The translations under genes and the position numbers were made by a program. A DNA stretch of 64,000 nucleotides. It comes from Escherichia coli. GTDB lineage: Bacteria; Pseudomonadota; Gammaproteobacteria; Enterobacterales; Enterobacteriaceae. The stretch lies in NCBI RefSeq assembly GCF_044647545.1, contig NZ_CP172818.1. One strand, written 5' to 3'. The notes under the pieces are model-generated. The model was given only the letters and a program-made list of their open reading frames with translations, did no database searches and had not been told where the DNA came from. Positions 36,664 to 47,971 of the stretch are shown here, piece by piece. The first letter of the stretch is position 1. Each line of letters starts with the position of its first letter.

Positions 36664-36754
36664 AGTCACCTCGTGCGTTATAGCATACAGGCACCGTAGC
36701 ATTTGTCCGTTATAACGCACAAGTGATAAACTTACGTTTTGCCGGAGGAGTCGC

Positions 36755-37291
36755 ATGGAAAATCTCGCTCGCTTTTTATCCACCACACTTAAACAACTAC
36801 GTCAGCAGCGCGGCTGGAGTCTTTCGCGACTGGCAGAAGCGACGGGCGTTTCTAAAGCGATGTTAGGGCAGATTGAGCGTAATGAATCCAGCCCGACGGT
36901 CGCGACATTATGGAAAATAGCCACCGGGTTGAACGTGCCATTTTCGACATTTATTTCTCCGCCGCAGTCCGCAACGCCTTCAGTTTATGATCCACAACAA
37001 CAGGCGATGGTGATCACTTCGCTGTTTCCTTATGATCCACAACTCTGCTTTGAACACTTCTCGATTCAGATGGCACCCGGTGCAATAAGCGAATCGACGC
37101 CCCATGAGAAGGGAGTAATCGAACATGTTGTCGTCATTGATGGGCAACTTGATCTGTGCGTTGATGGTGAATGGCAGAGCCTTAATTGTGGGGAAGGCGC
37201 TCGATTTGCTGCAGACGTCACGCATGTCTATTGTAATGGTGGGGAGCAAATCGTACATTTTCATTCCCTCATCCATTACCCACGCAGTTAA
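36755..37291 (+). CDS. sutR: XRE-family helix-turn-helix plus cupin-domain transcriptional regulator
   Basis: 178-aa ORF with N-terminal helix-turn-helix (…LSRLAEATGVSKAMLGQIERNES…); divergent from ydcO. Confidence 0.75.
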   Translation: MENLARFLSTTLKQLRQQRGWSLSRLAEATGVSKAMLGQIERNESSPTVATLWKIATGLNVPFSTFISPPQSATPSVYDPQQQAMVITSLFPYDPQLCFEHFSIQMAPGAISESTPHEKGVIEHVVVIDGQLDLCVDGEWQSLNCGEGARFAADVTHVYCNGGEQIVHFHSLIHYPRS

Positions 37292-37363
37292 GCGGGAAAA
37301 CTATTTCGCAACGTCGCGCTTGTGGCTAAAATAGCCGCCATTTTTCAGCTACTGGATAAGAAT

Positions 37364-39325
37364 GTGACCGTATCTTCTCATCGACTTGAACTGTTAAGCC
37401 CGGCACGCGATGCCGCCATTGCCCGCGAAGCTATTTTGCACGGTGCCGATGCTGTTTATATCGGCGGCCCTGGTTTTGGTGCCCGTCATAATGCCAGTAA
37501 TAGCCTGAAAGATATTGCCGAGCTGGTGCCGTTTGCCCATCGTTATGGTGCAAAAATTTTCGTCACGCTTAACACAATTTTGCATGATGATGAGCTGGAA
37601 CCCGCGCAACGGCTGATTACTGACCTCTACCAGACCGGCGTCGATGCGCTGATTGTTCAGGATATGGGGATTCTGGAACTTGATATTCCGCCGATTGAAC
37701 TGCACGCCAGTACGCAGTGCGATATTCGCACAGTAGAAAAAGCGAAGTTCCTCTCTGATGTTGGCTTTACGCAGATTGTGCTGGCGCGAGAGCTGAATCT
37801 TGAGCAGATCCGCGCGATTCACCAGGCCACGGACGCGACCATTGAATTCTTTATTCATGGCGCACTGTGCGTGGCCTATTCGGGTCAGTGCTACATTTCT
37901 CATGCGCAAACAGGGCGTAGCGCCAACCGTGGCGATTGCTCGCAGGCGTGCCGTTTGCCATACACATTGAAAGACGATCAGGGGCGGGTGGTTTCCTATG
38001 AAAAACATCTGCTGTCGATGAAAGATAACGATCAGACTGCCAACCTCGGCGCGCTGATTGATGCTGGCGTACGCTCCTTCAAGATTGAAGGGCGTTACAA
38101 AGATATGAGCTACGTGAAGAATATCACCGCCCATTATCGCCAGATGCTGGATGCCATTATTGAAGAACGTGGCGATCTGACGCGTGCTTCATCAGGTCGT
38201 ACTGAACATTTCTTTGTTCCATCGACGGAAAAGACTTTCCACCGTGGTAGCACAGATTATTTTGTGAATGCCCGTAAAGGCGATATTGGCGCGTTCGATT
38301 CGCCGAAATTTATCGGCCTGCCGGTGGGCGAAGTATTGAAAGTAGCGAAAGATCATATTGATGTTGCCGTTACCGAGCCACTGGCAAATGGCGATGGCCT
38401 GAACGTGATGATTAAACGTGAAGTCGTCGGTTTTCGTGCCAATACGGTCGAGAAAACCGGAGAAAATCAGTACCGCGTCTGGCCCAATGAAATGCCAGCA
38501 GATTTGCACAAAATTCGCCCGCATCACCCACTAAACCGTAATCTTGATCATAACTGGCAGCAGGCACTGACAAAAACCTCCAGCGAACGTCGGGTGGCGG
38601 TAGACATTGAACTGGGCGGCTGGCAGGAACAACTGATTCTGACCCTCACCAGTGAAGAGGGTGTCAGCATCACGCATACGCTGGACGGGCAGTTCGACGA
38701 AGCCAATAACGCCGAAAAAGCAATGAACAATCTAAAGGATGGTCTGGCAAAACTGGGGCAAACCATCTATTACGCCCGCGATGTGCAAATTAATTTGCCG
38801 GGTGCGCTGTTTGTACCAAACAGTCTGTTAAACCAGTTCCGCCGTGAAGCCGCCGACATGCTGGATGCTGCACGTCTTGCCGGTTACCAGCGGGGCAGCC
38901 GTAAACCGGTTGCTGATCCTGCGCCGGTTTATCCGCAAACGCATCTGAGTTTCCTCGCGAACGTATACAACCAGAAAGCGCGTGAATTTTATCATCGCTA
39001 TGGTGTGCAACTGATTGACGCGGCGTATGAGGCACATGAAGAGAAGGGCGAAGTCCCGGTGATGATCACCAAGCATTGTCTGCGCTTTGCCTTCAATCTG
39101 TGCCCGAAACAGGCGAAAGGCAATATCAAAAGCTGGAAGGCGACGCCAATGCAACTGGTTAACGGCGATGAAGTATTAACGCTAAAGTTTGATTGCCGCC
39201 CATGCGAGATGCACGTCATTGGCAAAATCAAAAATCACATACTGAAAATGCCGTTACCGGGAAGCGTAGTGGCATCCGTAAGTCCGGATGATCTGCTGAA
39301 AACATTGCCGAAGCGAAAAGGGTAA
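37364..39325 (+). CDS. ydcP: Peptidase U32 family protein (YdcP/RlhA, implicated in 23S rRNA hydroxylation)
   Basis: 653 aa from the GTG at 37364 (MTVSSHRLELLSPARD…); the track ORF starts at an upstream GTG, 37322. Confidence 0.75.
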   Translation: MTVSSHRLELLSPARDAAIAREAILHGADAVYIGGPGFGARHNASNSLKDIAELVPFAHRYGAKIFVTLNTILHDDELEPAQRLITDLYQTGVDALIVQDMGILELDIPPIELHASTQCDIRTVEKAKFLSDVGFTQIVLARELNLEQIRAIHQATDATIEFFIHGALCVAYSGQCYISHAQTGRSANRGDCSQACRLPYTLKDDQGRVVSYEKHLLSMKDNDQTANLGALIDAGVRSFKIEGRYKDMSYVKNITAHYRQMLDAIIEERGDLTRASSGRTEHFFVPSTEKTFHRGSTDYFVNARKGDIGAFDSPKFIGLPVGEVLKVAKDHIDVAVTEPLANGDGLNVMIKREVVGFRANTVEKTGENQYRVWPNEMPADLHKIRPHHPLNRNLDHNWQQALTKTSSERRVAVDIELGGWQEQLILTLTSEEGVSITHTLDGQFDEANNAEKAMNNLKDGLAKLGQTIYYARDVQINLPGALFVPNSLLNQFRREAADMLDAARLAGYQRGSRKPVADPAPVYPQTHLSFLANVYNQKAREFYHRYGVQLIDAAYEAHEEKGEVPVMITKHCLRFAFNLCPKQAKGNIKSWKATPMQLVNGDEVLTLKFDCRPCEMHVIGKIKNHILKMPLPGSVVASVSPDDLLKTLPKRKG

Positions 39326-39370
39326 AACGTCAGTTTTCGGGTTACTCACCACTCATCAAATCTGCATGAT

Positions 39371-39405
39371 ATTGCCTGGCGGGTAAGGCGTCATGCCGCA
39401 TCCGG
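39371..39405. repeat. REP (repetitive extragenic palindrome) element
   Basis: Reverse complement TTGCCGGATGCGGCATGACGCCTTACCCGCCAGGC matches the REP consensus; sits in the convergent ydcP/yncJ gap. Confidence 0.6.
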
Positions 39406-39416
39406 CAACAAATGAC

Positions 39417-39647
39417 TCAACGCTGTCCCGCTTCTGGTTTGCGCGATTTTTGCCAGTAAAAATGCTCGCGCAAACCTTCCGCCGACTCTTCCGCCACAGC
39501 ACGCAATTCATCGCTGTCCGCTTCATGACGCAGCTGATGATCCACATTCTTTACCCACATAAATTCATGTCCTTTGTGCCCTGCCATGAGTTGTCCTGAG
39601 AACAGTGCACACGTTAATAAGACAACCGATAACGCCTTCGAAAACAT
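39417..39647 (-). CDS. yncJ: DUF2554 family secreted small protein
   Basis: 76-aa ORF with signal peptide (MFSKALSVVLLTCALFSGQLMA). Confidence 0.7.
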   Translation of the reverse strand: MFSKALSVVLLTCALFSGQLMAGHKGHEFMWVKNVDHQLRHEADSDELRAVAEESAEGLREHFYWQKSRKPEAGQR

Positions 39648-39868
39648 CCCGCCACCTTTTTCTAACCTTTTGCCGCTATGATGCCAATCGTTTCTTGAGG
39701 TTATTATTCAGTTTTGCAAATTAGCGCAAAGAAATTCTGGAATCTTCCTTCCTGATTTTGCATTGCATTCTGCCGTTGCGGCGATTTAGTGCTATTTTCG
39801 AGCAAATTACACACGGAGGTAAACACTAATGTTTACTTTGTTGATATACTCAGCGGCAGGGAGGCGAT

Positions 39869-40045
39869 GTGAAACAAAGCGAGTTCAGACGTTGGCTCGA
39901 ATCTCAGGGCGTCGATGTAGCGAATGGCAGCAACCATTTAAAACTGAGGTTTCATGGGAGGCGCAGTGTCATGCCGCGTCACCCCTGCGATGAGATTAAA
40001 GAACCATTGCGTAAAGCAATCCTGAAACAACTCGGTTTGAGTTAA
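39869..40045 (+). CDS. hicA: Type II toxin HicA (mRNA interferase), 58 aa
   Basis: GTG start at 39869 behind a GGGAGG site; reads VKQSEFRRWLESQGVDVANGSNHLKLRFHG…; directly upstream of hicB. Confidence 0.8.
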   Translation: MKQSEFRRWLESQGVDVANGSNHLKLRFHGRRSVMPRHPCDEIKEPLRKAILKQLGLS

Positions 40046-40090
40046 TCGCCAATTAAAAAGGTTAATGACATGCGAGAGACAGTCGAAATT

Positions 40091-40507
<417 letters not shown>

Positions 40508-40585
40508 TTACAGTTAACGAAAAGTTGTCATTTTTAACAACTGATATAGACTGCCGAATCATCTGCACATAATTACGATTCGATA

Positions 40586-41992
40586 ATGAAAAAATACCAG
40601 CAGCTTGCAGAACAATTACGCGAGCAGATTGCGTCGGGTATCTGGCAACCCGGCGATCGTTTGCCTTCGTTGCGTGACCAGGTGGCGCTTTCTGGCATGA
40701 GCTTTATGACCGTGAGCCATGCCTATCAGTTGCTCGAAAGTCAGGGATATATTATCGCGCGACCGCAGTCGGGTTATTACGTTGCGCCACAGGCAATAAA
40801 AATGCCGAAAGCGCCAGTCATTCCAGTCACTCGAGATGAAGCAGTCGATATCAACACCTATATTTTTGATATGTTGCAGGCCAGTCGCGATCCGTCGGTA
40901 GTTCCGTTTGCCTCGGCCTTTCCCGACCCGCGACTTTTCCCCCTCCAACAACTAAACCGCTCGCTGGCGCAGGTAAGCAAAACCGCCACGGCGATGAGCG
41001 TGATTGAAAACTTACCGCCAGGAAACGCAGAACTGCGTCAGGCTATTGCTCGTCGCTATGCCTTACAGGGCATCACCATTTCTCCTGATGAAATTGTCAT
41101 TACTGCCGGGGCGTTAGAGGCATTAAACCTCAGTTTGCAAGCGGTAACTGAACCGGGCGATTGGGTGATAGTAGAGAATCCTTGTTTCTACGGCGCGTTG
41201 CAGGCGCTGGAGCGGTTACGGCTGAAGGCGTTATCGGTGGCGACGGACGTTAAAGAAGGGATAGATCTTCAGGCGCTGGAACTGGCGTTGCAGGAGTATC
41301 CGGTGAAAGCGTGCTGGCTGATGACTAATAGCCAGAATCCACTCGGATTTACCTTAACACCGCAAAAAAAAGCACAACTGGTGGCGTTGCTCAATCAGTA
41401 CAACGTAACGCTGATTGAAGATGACGTATACAGCGAACTTTATTTTGGACGGGAAAAACCGCTGCCTGCGAAAGCGTGGGATCGCCACGATGGCGTTTTG
41501 CATTGCTCTTCGTTTTCGAAATGTCTGGTGCCTGGTTTTCGTATTGGTTGGGTCGCCGCCGGAAAACATGCACGTAAAATTCAACGCTTGCAGTTGATGA
41601 GTACGCTTTCCACCAGCTCACCGATGCAGCTTGCGCTGGTGGATTACCTTTCCACGCGCCGATACGACGCCCATCTTCGTCGCCTGCGTCGCCAGCTTGC
41701 GGAACGTAAACAACGTGCCTGGCAGGCACTGCTGCGTTATCTGCCTGCGGAAGTGAAAATTCATCATAATGACAGCGGTTATTTTCTCTGGCTGGAGCTC
41801 CCCGCGCCGTTAGATGCGGGCGAATTAAGCCTGGCAGCACTGACGCATCATATCAGTATTGCGCCGGGTAAAATGTTTTCTACCGGTGAAAACTGGTCAC
41901 GTTTTTTCCGTTTTAATACCGCGTGGCAGTGGGGAGAACGTGAAGAACAGGCGGTTAAACAATTAGGCACACTTATTCAAGAACGGCTGTAA
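40586..41992 (+). CDS. ydcR: MocR/GabR-type regulator: GntR helix-turn-helix fused to a PLP aminotransferase-like domain
   Basis: 468-aa ORF; N-terminal winged helix-turn-helix and class-I aminotransferase-like body. Confidence 0.8.
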   Translation: MKKYQQLAEQLREQIASGIWQPGDRLPSLRDQVALSGMSFMTVSHAYQLLESQGYIIARPQSGYYVAPQAIKMPKAPVIPVTRDEAVDINTYIFDMLQASRDPSVVPFASAFPDPRLFPLQQLNRSLAQVSKTATAMSVIENLPPGNAELRQAIARRYALQGITISPDEIVITAGALEALNLSLQAVTEPGDWVIVENPCFYGALQALERLRLKALSVATDVKEGIDLQALELALQEYPVKACWLMTNSQNPLGFTLTPQKKAQLVALLNQYNVTLIEDDVYSELYFGREKPLPAKAWDRHDGVLHCSSFSKCLVPGFRIGWVAAGKHARKIQRLQLMSTLSTSSPMQLALVDYLSTRRYDAHLRRLRRQLAERKQRAWQALLRYLPAEVKIHHNDSGYFLWLELPAPLDAGELSLAALTHHISIAPGKMFSTGENWSRFFRFNTAWQWGEREEQAVKQLGTLIQERL

Positions 41993-42236
41993 TAGCGTTT
42001 AATTTAATTCCTCTCAGGTTGGGTAATATGAATTTCGAATAGCAGTCATATTTCCTAACTCCTTGTCTATACTCCAGAAGATAACCTTACAGACGGCATA
42101 ATGCGCGGTAGCTCACAACCTGATTAAATTTTCTCAGGGGCGAAGGTGTGCCTGCAAGCCGCCGTCTATGGTTAAACAAGGAGATATTTTTACGGCACGG
42201 CGGCTGAACAATTAATTACGACAGGAGTAAGACTTT

Positions 42237-43382
42237 ATGAGCAAGACATTTGCCCGCAGCAGCCTGTGTGCGCTTACCATGACATTAATGACCGCCCACG
42301 CCGCCGAACCTCCCACAAATTTAGATAAACCGGAAGGGCGACTGGATATTATCGCCTGGCCGGGATACATCGAACGCGGACAAACTGATAAACAATACGA
42401 CTGGGTAACGCAATTCGAAAAAGAGACAGGCTGCGCGGTGAATGTGAAAACCGCCGCGACTTCCGATGAAATGGTCAGTCTGATGACCAAAGGGGGTTAC
42501 GATCTGGTTACGGCATCCGGCGATGCCTCGCTGCGCCTGATTATGGGCAAACGCGTGCAGCCGATTAATACCGCATTGATTCCCAACTGGAAAGCGCTCG
42601 ATCCGCGCGTGGTTAAAGGCGACTGGTTTAACGTTGGCGGCAAAGTTTACGGCACACCTTACCAATGGGGGCCGAACCTGCTGATGTACAACACTAAAAC
42701 CTTCCCGACGCCGCCGAATAGCTGGCAAGTGGTTTTTGTTGAGCAGAATCTGCCGGACGGCAAGAGCAATAAAGGCCGCGTTCAGGCTTATGATGGCCCT
42801 ATCTACATTGCGGACGCTGCGTTGTTCGTTAAAGCCACTCAGCCACAGTTGGGCATCAGCGATCCGTATCAACTCACCGAAGAACAGTACCAGGCGGTGC
42901 TGAAAGTGCTGCGCGATCAACATAGTTTGATCCATCGCTACTGGCATGACACTACCGTGCAAATGAGCGATTTCAAAAACGAGGGTGTGGTTGCTTCCAG
43001 TGCATGGCCCTATCAGGCCAACGCCCTGAAAGCCGAAGGCCAGCCTGTCGCTACCGTTTTCCCGAAGGAGGGCGTTACCGGTTGGGCTGATACCACCATG
43101 CTACATAGCGAAGCGAAACATCCGGTTTGCGCCTACAAATGGATGAACTGGTCATTAACCCCAAAAGTGCAGGGCGATGTAGCGGCCTGGTTTGGCTCGC
43201 TACCGGTAGTGCCGCAAGGGTGTAAAGCCAGTCCGTTATTAGGCGAGAAAGGTTGTGAAACAAACGGTTTTAACTATTTCGATAAAATCGCCTTCTGGAA
43301 AACGCCTATCGCAGAAGGGGGCAAGTTTGTTCCCTACAGTCGCTGGACGCAGGATTACATTGCCATTATGGGTGGTCGCTAA
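42237..43382 (+). CDS. ydcS: Periplasmic polyamine-binding protein of an ABC transporter
   Basis: 381-aa ORF with signal peptide (…MTLMTAHAAEP); PotD/PotF-like. Confidence 0.85.
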   Translation: MSKTFARSSLCALTMTLMTAHAAEPPTNLDKPEGRLDIIAWPGYIERGQTDKQYDWVTQFEKETGCAVNVKTAATSDEMVSLMTKGGYDLVTASGDASLRLIMGKRVQPINTALIPNWKALDPRVVKGDWFNVGGKVYGTPYQWGPNLLMYNTKTFPTPPNSWQVVFVEQNLPDGKSNKGRVQAYDGPIYIADAALFVKATQPQLGISDPYQLTEEQYQAVLKVLRDQHSLIHRYWHDTTVQMSDFKNEGVVASSAWPYQANALKAEGQPVATVFPKEGVTGWADTTMLHSEAKHPVCAYKWMNWSLTPKVQGDVAAWFGSLPVVPQGCKASPLLGEKGCETNGFNYFDKIAFWKTPIAEGGKFVPYSRWTQDYIAIMGGR

Positions 43383-43399
43383 CTTCGCTGGGGTGTTTT

Positions 43400-44413
43400 A
43401 TGACGTACGCAGTGGAGTTTGACAACGTCTCACGGTTGTACGGTGACGTGCGCGCAGTAGATGGCGTCAGTATTGCGATAAAAGATGGTGAGTTCTTCTC
43501 TATGCTGGGGCCGTCCGGTTCCGGCAAAACCACCTGCCTGCGCCTGATTGCTGGATTCGAACAACTTTCCGGCGGGGCTATCTCTATCTTTGGTAAACCC
43601 GCCAGCAATCTGCCACCGTGGGAGCGGGACGTGAATACTGTCTTCCAGGACTACGCGCTATTTCCGCATATGTCGATTCTTGACAACGTCGCCTACGGGC
43701 TGATGGTCAAAGGCGTGGATAAAAAACAGCGGCATGCGATGGCGCAAGAGGCGCTGGAGAAAGTGGCGCTGGGTTTTGTTCAGCAACGTAAACCGTCACA
43801 ACTTTCTGGTGGTCAGCGCCAGCGGGTTGCTATCGCCAGAGCATTGGTGAATGAACCGCGTGTGTTGTTGCTGGATGAACCGCTCGGCGCACTGGATCTC
43901 AAATTGCGTGAGCAGATGCAACTGGAACTGAAAAAGCTGCAACAGTCTCTCGGTATCACTTTTATCTTCGTTACCCACGATCAGGGCGAAGCGTTATCGA
44001 TGTCCGATCGTGTGGCGGTTTTCAATAATGGACGCATTGAGCAGGTCGATTCCCCGCGTGATCTCTATATGCGCCCGCGCACGCCGTTTGTTGCCGGGTT
44101 CGTCGGGACATCGAATGTTTTTGATGCACTGATGGCAGACAAACTTTGTGGCATGACGGGAAGCTTCGCCCTGCGACCGGAACATATCCGCTTCAACATC
44201 CCCGGCGAAGTGCAGGCTAATGGCACGATCCAGGCGGTGCAGTATCAGGGCGCGGCGACCCGTTTTGAACTGAGACTGAACGGCGGTGAAAAACTGCTGG
44301 TGAGTCAGGCCAATATGACAGGCGAAGAACTGCCCGCCACACTCACGCCCGGAAAACAGGTGATGGTTTCCTGGTCGCGTGATGTGATGGTACCGCTGGT
44401 TGAGGAGAGGTGA
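43400..44413 (+). CDS. ydcT: ABC transporter ATP-binding protein (PotA-like)
   Basis: 337-aa ORF with Walker A (GPSGSGKTT), ABC signature (LSGGQRQR) and Walker B. Confidence 0.85.
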   Translation: MTYAVEFDNVSRLYGDVRAVDGVSIAIKDGEFFSMLGPSGSGKTTCLRLIAGFEQLSGGAISIFGKPASNLPPWERDVNTVFQDYALFPHMSILDNVAYGLMVKGVDKKQRHAMAQEALEKVALGFVQQRKPSQLSGGQRQRVAIARALVNEPRVLLLDEPLGALDLKLREQMQLELKKLQQSLGITFIFVTHDQGEALSMSDRVAVFNNGRIEQVDSPRDLYMRPRTPFVAGFVGTSNVFDALMADKLCGMTGSFALRPEHIRFNIPGEVQANGTIQAVQYQGAATRFELRLNGGEKLLVSQANMTGEELPATLTPGKQVMVSWSRDVMVPLVEER

Positions 44414-45355
44414 ATGGCGATGAACGTATTGCAATCACCTTCACATCCAGGTCTGGGTAAGGTGTCCGGTTTCTTCTGGCGTAATCCGGGGCTGGGGCTG
44501 TTTTTACTGCTGCTTGGCCCGCTAATGTGGTTTGGCATTGTCTATTTCGGCTCGCTGCTGACACTGTTATGGCAGGGATTTTATACCTTTGACGATTTCA
44601 CCATGTCGGTAACGCCGGAACTGACGCTGGCCAATATCCGTGCGCTGTTTAATCCGGCGAATTACGACATCATTCTCCGCACGCTGATTATGGCTGTGGC
44701 AGTCACTATCGCCAGCGCCATTCTGGCTTTTCCAATGGCGTGGTATATGGCGCGCTATACCAGCGGGAAAATGAAAGCGTTTTTTTATATCGCGGTAATG
44801 TTGCCGATGTGGGCGAGCTACATTGTGAAAGCCTATGCCTGGACGTTATTGCTTGCAAAAGATGGCGTGGCGCAGTGGTTTTTACAACATCTGGGGCTGG
44901 AACCACTGCTGACGGCGTTCCTTACATTACCTGCGGTGGGCGGCAATACGCTGTCAACTTCCGGGCTGGGGCGCTTTCTGGTGTTTCTCTATATCTGGCT
45001 GCCGTTCATGATCCTGCCCGTGCAGGCGGCGCTTGAGCGTTTGCCGCCGTCATTGTTGCAGGCGTCAGCTGATCTCGGCGCACGTCCACGACAAACCTTT
45101 CGCTATGTGGTGCTGCCGCTGGCGATCCCGGGTATTGCTGCTGGCTCTATCTTTACCTTCTCACTCACACTGGGCGATTTTATCGTCCCGCAGCTGGTTG
45201 GCCCGCCAGGATATTTTATCGGCAATATGGTTTATTCCCAGCAGGGGGCGATTGGCAATATGCCGATGGCGGCGGCATTCACCCTGGTGCCGATTGTTCT
45301 CATCGCACTGTACCTGGCGTTCGTGAAACGTCTGGGAGCGTTCGATGCACTCTGA
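44414..45355 (+). CDS. ydcU: ABC transporter permease (PotB-like)
   Basis: 313-aa membrane ORF; start abuts the ydcT stop. Confidence 0.85.
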
Positions 45356-46139
45356 ACGCGCACCGTTTTTCCTCAAACTGGCGGCCTGGGGCGGCGTGGT
45401 TTTCCTACATTTTCCCATCCTGATTATCGCCGCCTATGCGTTTAACACTGAAGATGCGGCGTTTAGTTTTCCACCGCAAGGCCTGACGCTGCGCTGGTTT
45501 AGCGTGGCAGCACAGCGTAGTGATATTCTTGATGCCGTGACACTGTCACTTAAAGTGGCAGCGCTGGCGACATTAATCGCGCTGGTGTTAGGGACGCTGG
45601 CCGCTGCCGCGCTGTGGCGACGAGACTTTTTCGGCAAAAACGCCATTTCGCTGTTACTGCTGCTGCCCATTGCGCTGCCGGGCATTGTCACTGGTCTGGC
45701 GCTATTAACCGCCTTTAAAACCATCAATCTGGAGCCGGGATTTTTCACCATCGTGGTCGGCCATGCGACTTTTTGCGTAGTGGTGGTGTTTAACAATGTC
45801 ATCGCCCGTTTTCGCCGCACCTCGTGGAGTCTGGTTGAGGCGTCAATGGATCTTGGGGCCAATGGCTGGCAAACCTTCCGCTACGTAGTGTTGCCGAATC
45901 TCAGTTCGGCGCTACTGGCAGGAGGAATGCTGGCGTTTGCCTTGTCGTTCGATGAAATCATCGTGACGACCTTTACGGCAGGTCATGAACGAACGTTACC
46001 GTTGTGGTTGCTCAATCAGCTTGGGCGACCGCGTGATGTACCGGTAACCAACGTGGTGGCACTGCTGGTTATGTTGGTAACAACCTTGCCGATCCTGGGA
46101 GCCTGGTGGCTAACCCGCGAAGGCGACAATGGTCAATAA
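45345..46139 (+). CDS. ydcV: ABC transporter permease (PotC-like)
   Basis: 264-aa membrane ORF overlapping ydcU by 11 bp. Confidence 0.85.
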
Positions 46140-46160
46140 CCACTGATACAGGAATATGCT

Positions 46161-47585
46161 ATGCAACATAAGTTACTGATTAACGGAGAACTGGTTAGCG
46201 GCGAAGGGGAAAAACAGCCTGTCTATAATCCGGCAACGGGGGACGTTTTACTAGAGATTGCCGAGGCATCCGCAGAGCAGGTGGATGCTGCTGTTCGCGC
46301 GGCAGATGCAGCATTTGCCGAATGGGGGCAAACCACGCCGAAAGCGCGTGCGGAATGCCTGCTGAAACTGGCTGATGTTATCGAAGAAAATGGTCAGGTT
46401 TTTGCCGAACTGGAGTCCCGTAACTGTGGCAAACCGCTGCATAGTGCGTTCAATGATGAAATTCCGGCGATTGTCGATGTCTTTCGCTTTTTCGCCGGAG
46501 CAGCTCGCTGCCTGAATGGTCTGGCGGCAGGTGAATATCTTGAAGGTCATACTTCGATGATCCGTCGCGATCCGTTGGGAGTCGTGGCTTCTATCGCACC
46601 GTGGAATTATCCGCTGATGATGGCAGCGTGGAAACTGGCTCCGGCGCTGGCGGCAGGGAACTGCGTAGTGCTCAAACCATCAGAAATTACCCCGCTGACC
46701 GCGTTGAAGTTGGCAGAGCTGGCGAAAGATATCTTCCCGGCAGGCGTGATTAACGTACTGTTTGGCAGAGGCAAAACGGTGGGCGATCCGCTGACCGGAC
46801 ATCCCAAAGTGCGGATGGTGTCGCTGACGGGCTCTATCGCCACTGGGGAACACATCATCAGCCATACCGCGCCGTCCATTAAGCGTACTCATATGGAACT
46901 TGGTGGCAAAGCGCCAGTGATTGTTTTTGATGATGCGGATATTGAAGCTGTGGTCGAAGGTGTACGTACTTTTGGCTATTACAATGCCGGACAGGATTGT
47001 ACTGCGGCTTGTCGGCTCTACGCGCAAAAAGGCATTTACGATACGCTGGTGGAAAAACTCGGTGCTGCGGTGGCAACGTTAAAATCGGGTTCGCCGGATG
47101 ACGAGTCTACGGAGCTTGGACCTTTAAGCTCGCTGGCGCATCTCGAACGCGTCAGCAAGGCGGTAGAAGAGGCGAAAGCGACAGGGCACATCAAAGTGAT
47201 CACTGGCGGTGAAAAGCGCAAGGGTAATGGCTATTACTATGCGCCGACGCTGCTGGCTGGCGCATTACAGGACGATGCCATCGTGCAAAAAGAGGTATTT
47301 GGTCCGGTAGTGAGTGTTACGCTCTTCGACAACGAAGAACAGGTGGTGAATTGGGCAAATGACAGCCAGTACGGACTTGCATCCTCGGTATGGACGAAAG
47401 ATGTGGGCAGGGCGCATCGCGTCAGCGCGCGGCTGCAATATGGTTGTACCTGGGTCAATACCCATTTCATGCTGGTAAGTGAAATGCCGCACGGTGGGCA
47501 GAAACTTTCTGGTTACGGCAAGGATATGTCACTTTATGGGCTGGAGGATTACACCGTCGTCCGCCACGTCATGGTTAAACATTAA
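46161..47585 (+). CDS. patD: Gamma-aminobutyraldehyde dehydrogenase
   Basis: 474-aa aldehyde dehydrogenase ORF, last gene of the ydcSTUV cluster. Confidence 0.9.
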   Translation: MQHKLLINGELVSGEGEKQPVYNPATGDVLLEIAEASAEQVDAAVRAADAAFAEWGQTTPKARAECLLKLADVIEENGQVFAELESRNCGKPLHSAFNDEIPAIVDVFRFFAGAARCLNGLAAGEYLEGHTSMIRRDPLGVVASIAPWNYPLMMAAWKLAPALAAGNCVVLKPSEITPLTALKLAELAKDIFPAGVINVLFGRGKTVGDPLTGHPKVRMVSLTGSIATGEHIISHTAPSIKRTHMELGGKAPVIVFDDADIEAVVEGVRTFGYYNAGQDCTAACRLYAQKGIYDTLVEKLGAAVATLKSGSPDDESTELGPLSSLAHLERVSKAVEEAKATGHIKVITGGEKRKGNGYYYAPTLLAGALQDDAIVQKEVFGPVVSVTLFDNEEQVVNWANDSQYGLASSVWTKDVGRAHRVSARLQYGCTWVNTHFMLVSEMPHGGQKLSGYGKDMSLYGLEDYTVVRHVMVKH

Positions 47586-47681
47586 GGGTAATATTGCAGA
47601 TCGTAAGAGTATGAGATGATCTTGCGTACTGTCAGAGCACTGATTTCTCTGACAGTACGTGCTGCGTGCAAAATCACTACA

Positions 47682-47777
47682 TCAAATAAACCAGCCAAAT
47701 CTCATAGAGATAAGAGTAAACAAACCAACAGCAGCAAAGACATTTATCAGTACTACAGTTCTACTGGAAACATTCAT
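47682..47777 (-). CDS. yncL: Small membrane protein YncL (31 aa)
   Basis: Minus-strand reading MNVSSRTVVLINVFAAVGLFTLISMRFGWFI behind a GGTGG site; below the ORF-track length cutoff. Confidence 0.7.
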   Translation of the reverse strand: MNVSSRTVVLINVFAAVGLFTLISMRFGWFI

Positions 47778-47971
47778 TTTTGCCACCTTTTATCATTGCC
47801 CCTATGTGTATAGTACGGGTTAAGAAAATCCGCAATAATACTCATTCTGAAGATGGATAAGGACAAGTTGCTGTTTGATGATTTTTTCTCAAACTGGTGA
47901 AAAAATTTGATGCACGTCAAAAAATGACGCATATTTGCGCGCGTTTTATTCATCTGGCTGGACGCCCGTAC

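Noticed and set aside
37394-38134. 246-aa minus-strand ORF inside ydcP, and similar long antisense ORFs inside ydbA (4151..4759) and ydcS (42321..42962)
   Set aside because: All lie wholly within confidently assigned genes on the other strand and have no independent support.
39356-39547. 63-aa minus-strand ORF and 68-aa + strand ORF (39393..39599) around the yncJ 3' end
   Set aside because: They overlap the REP palindrome and the yncJ coding region; the REP structure explains the open frames.
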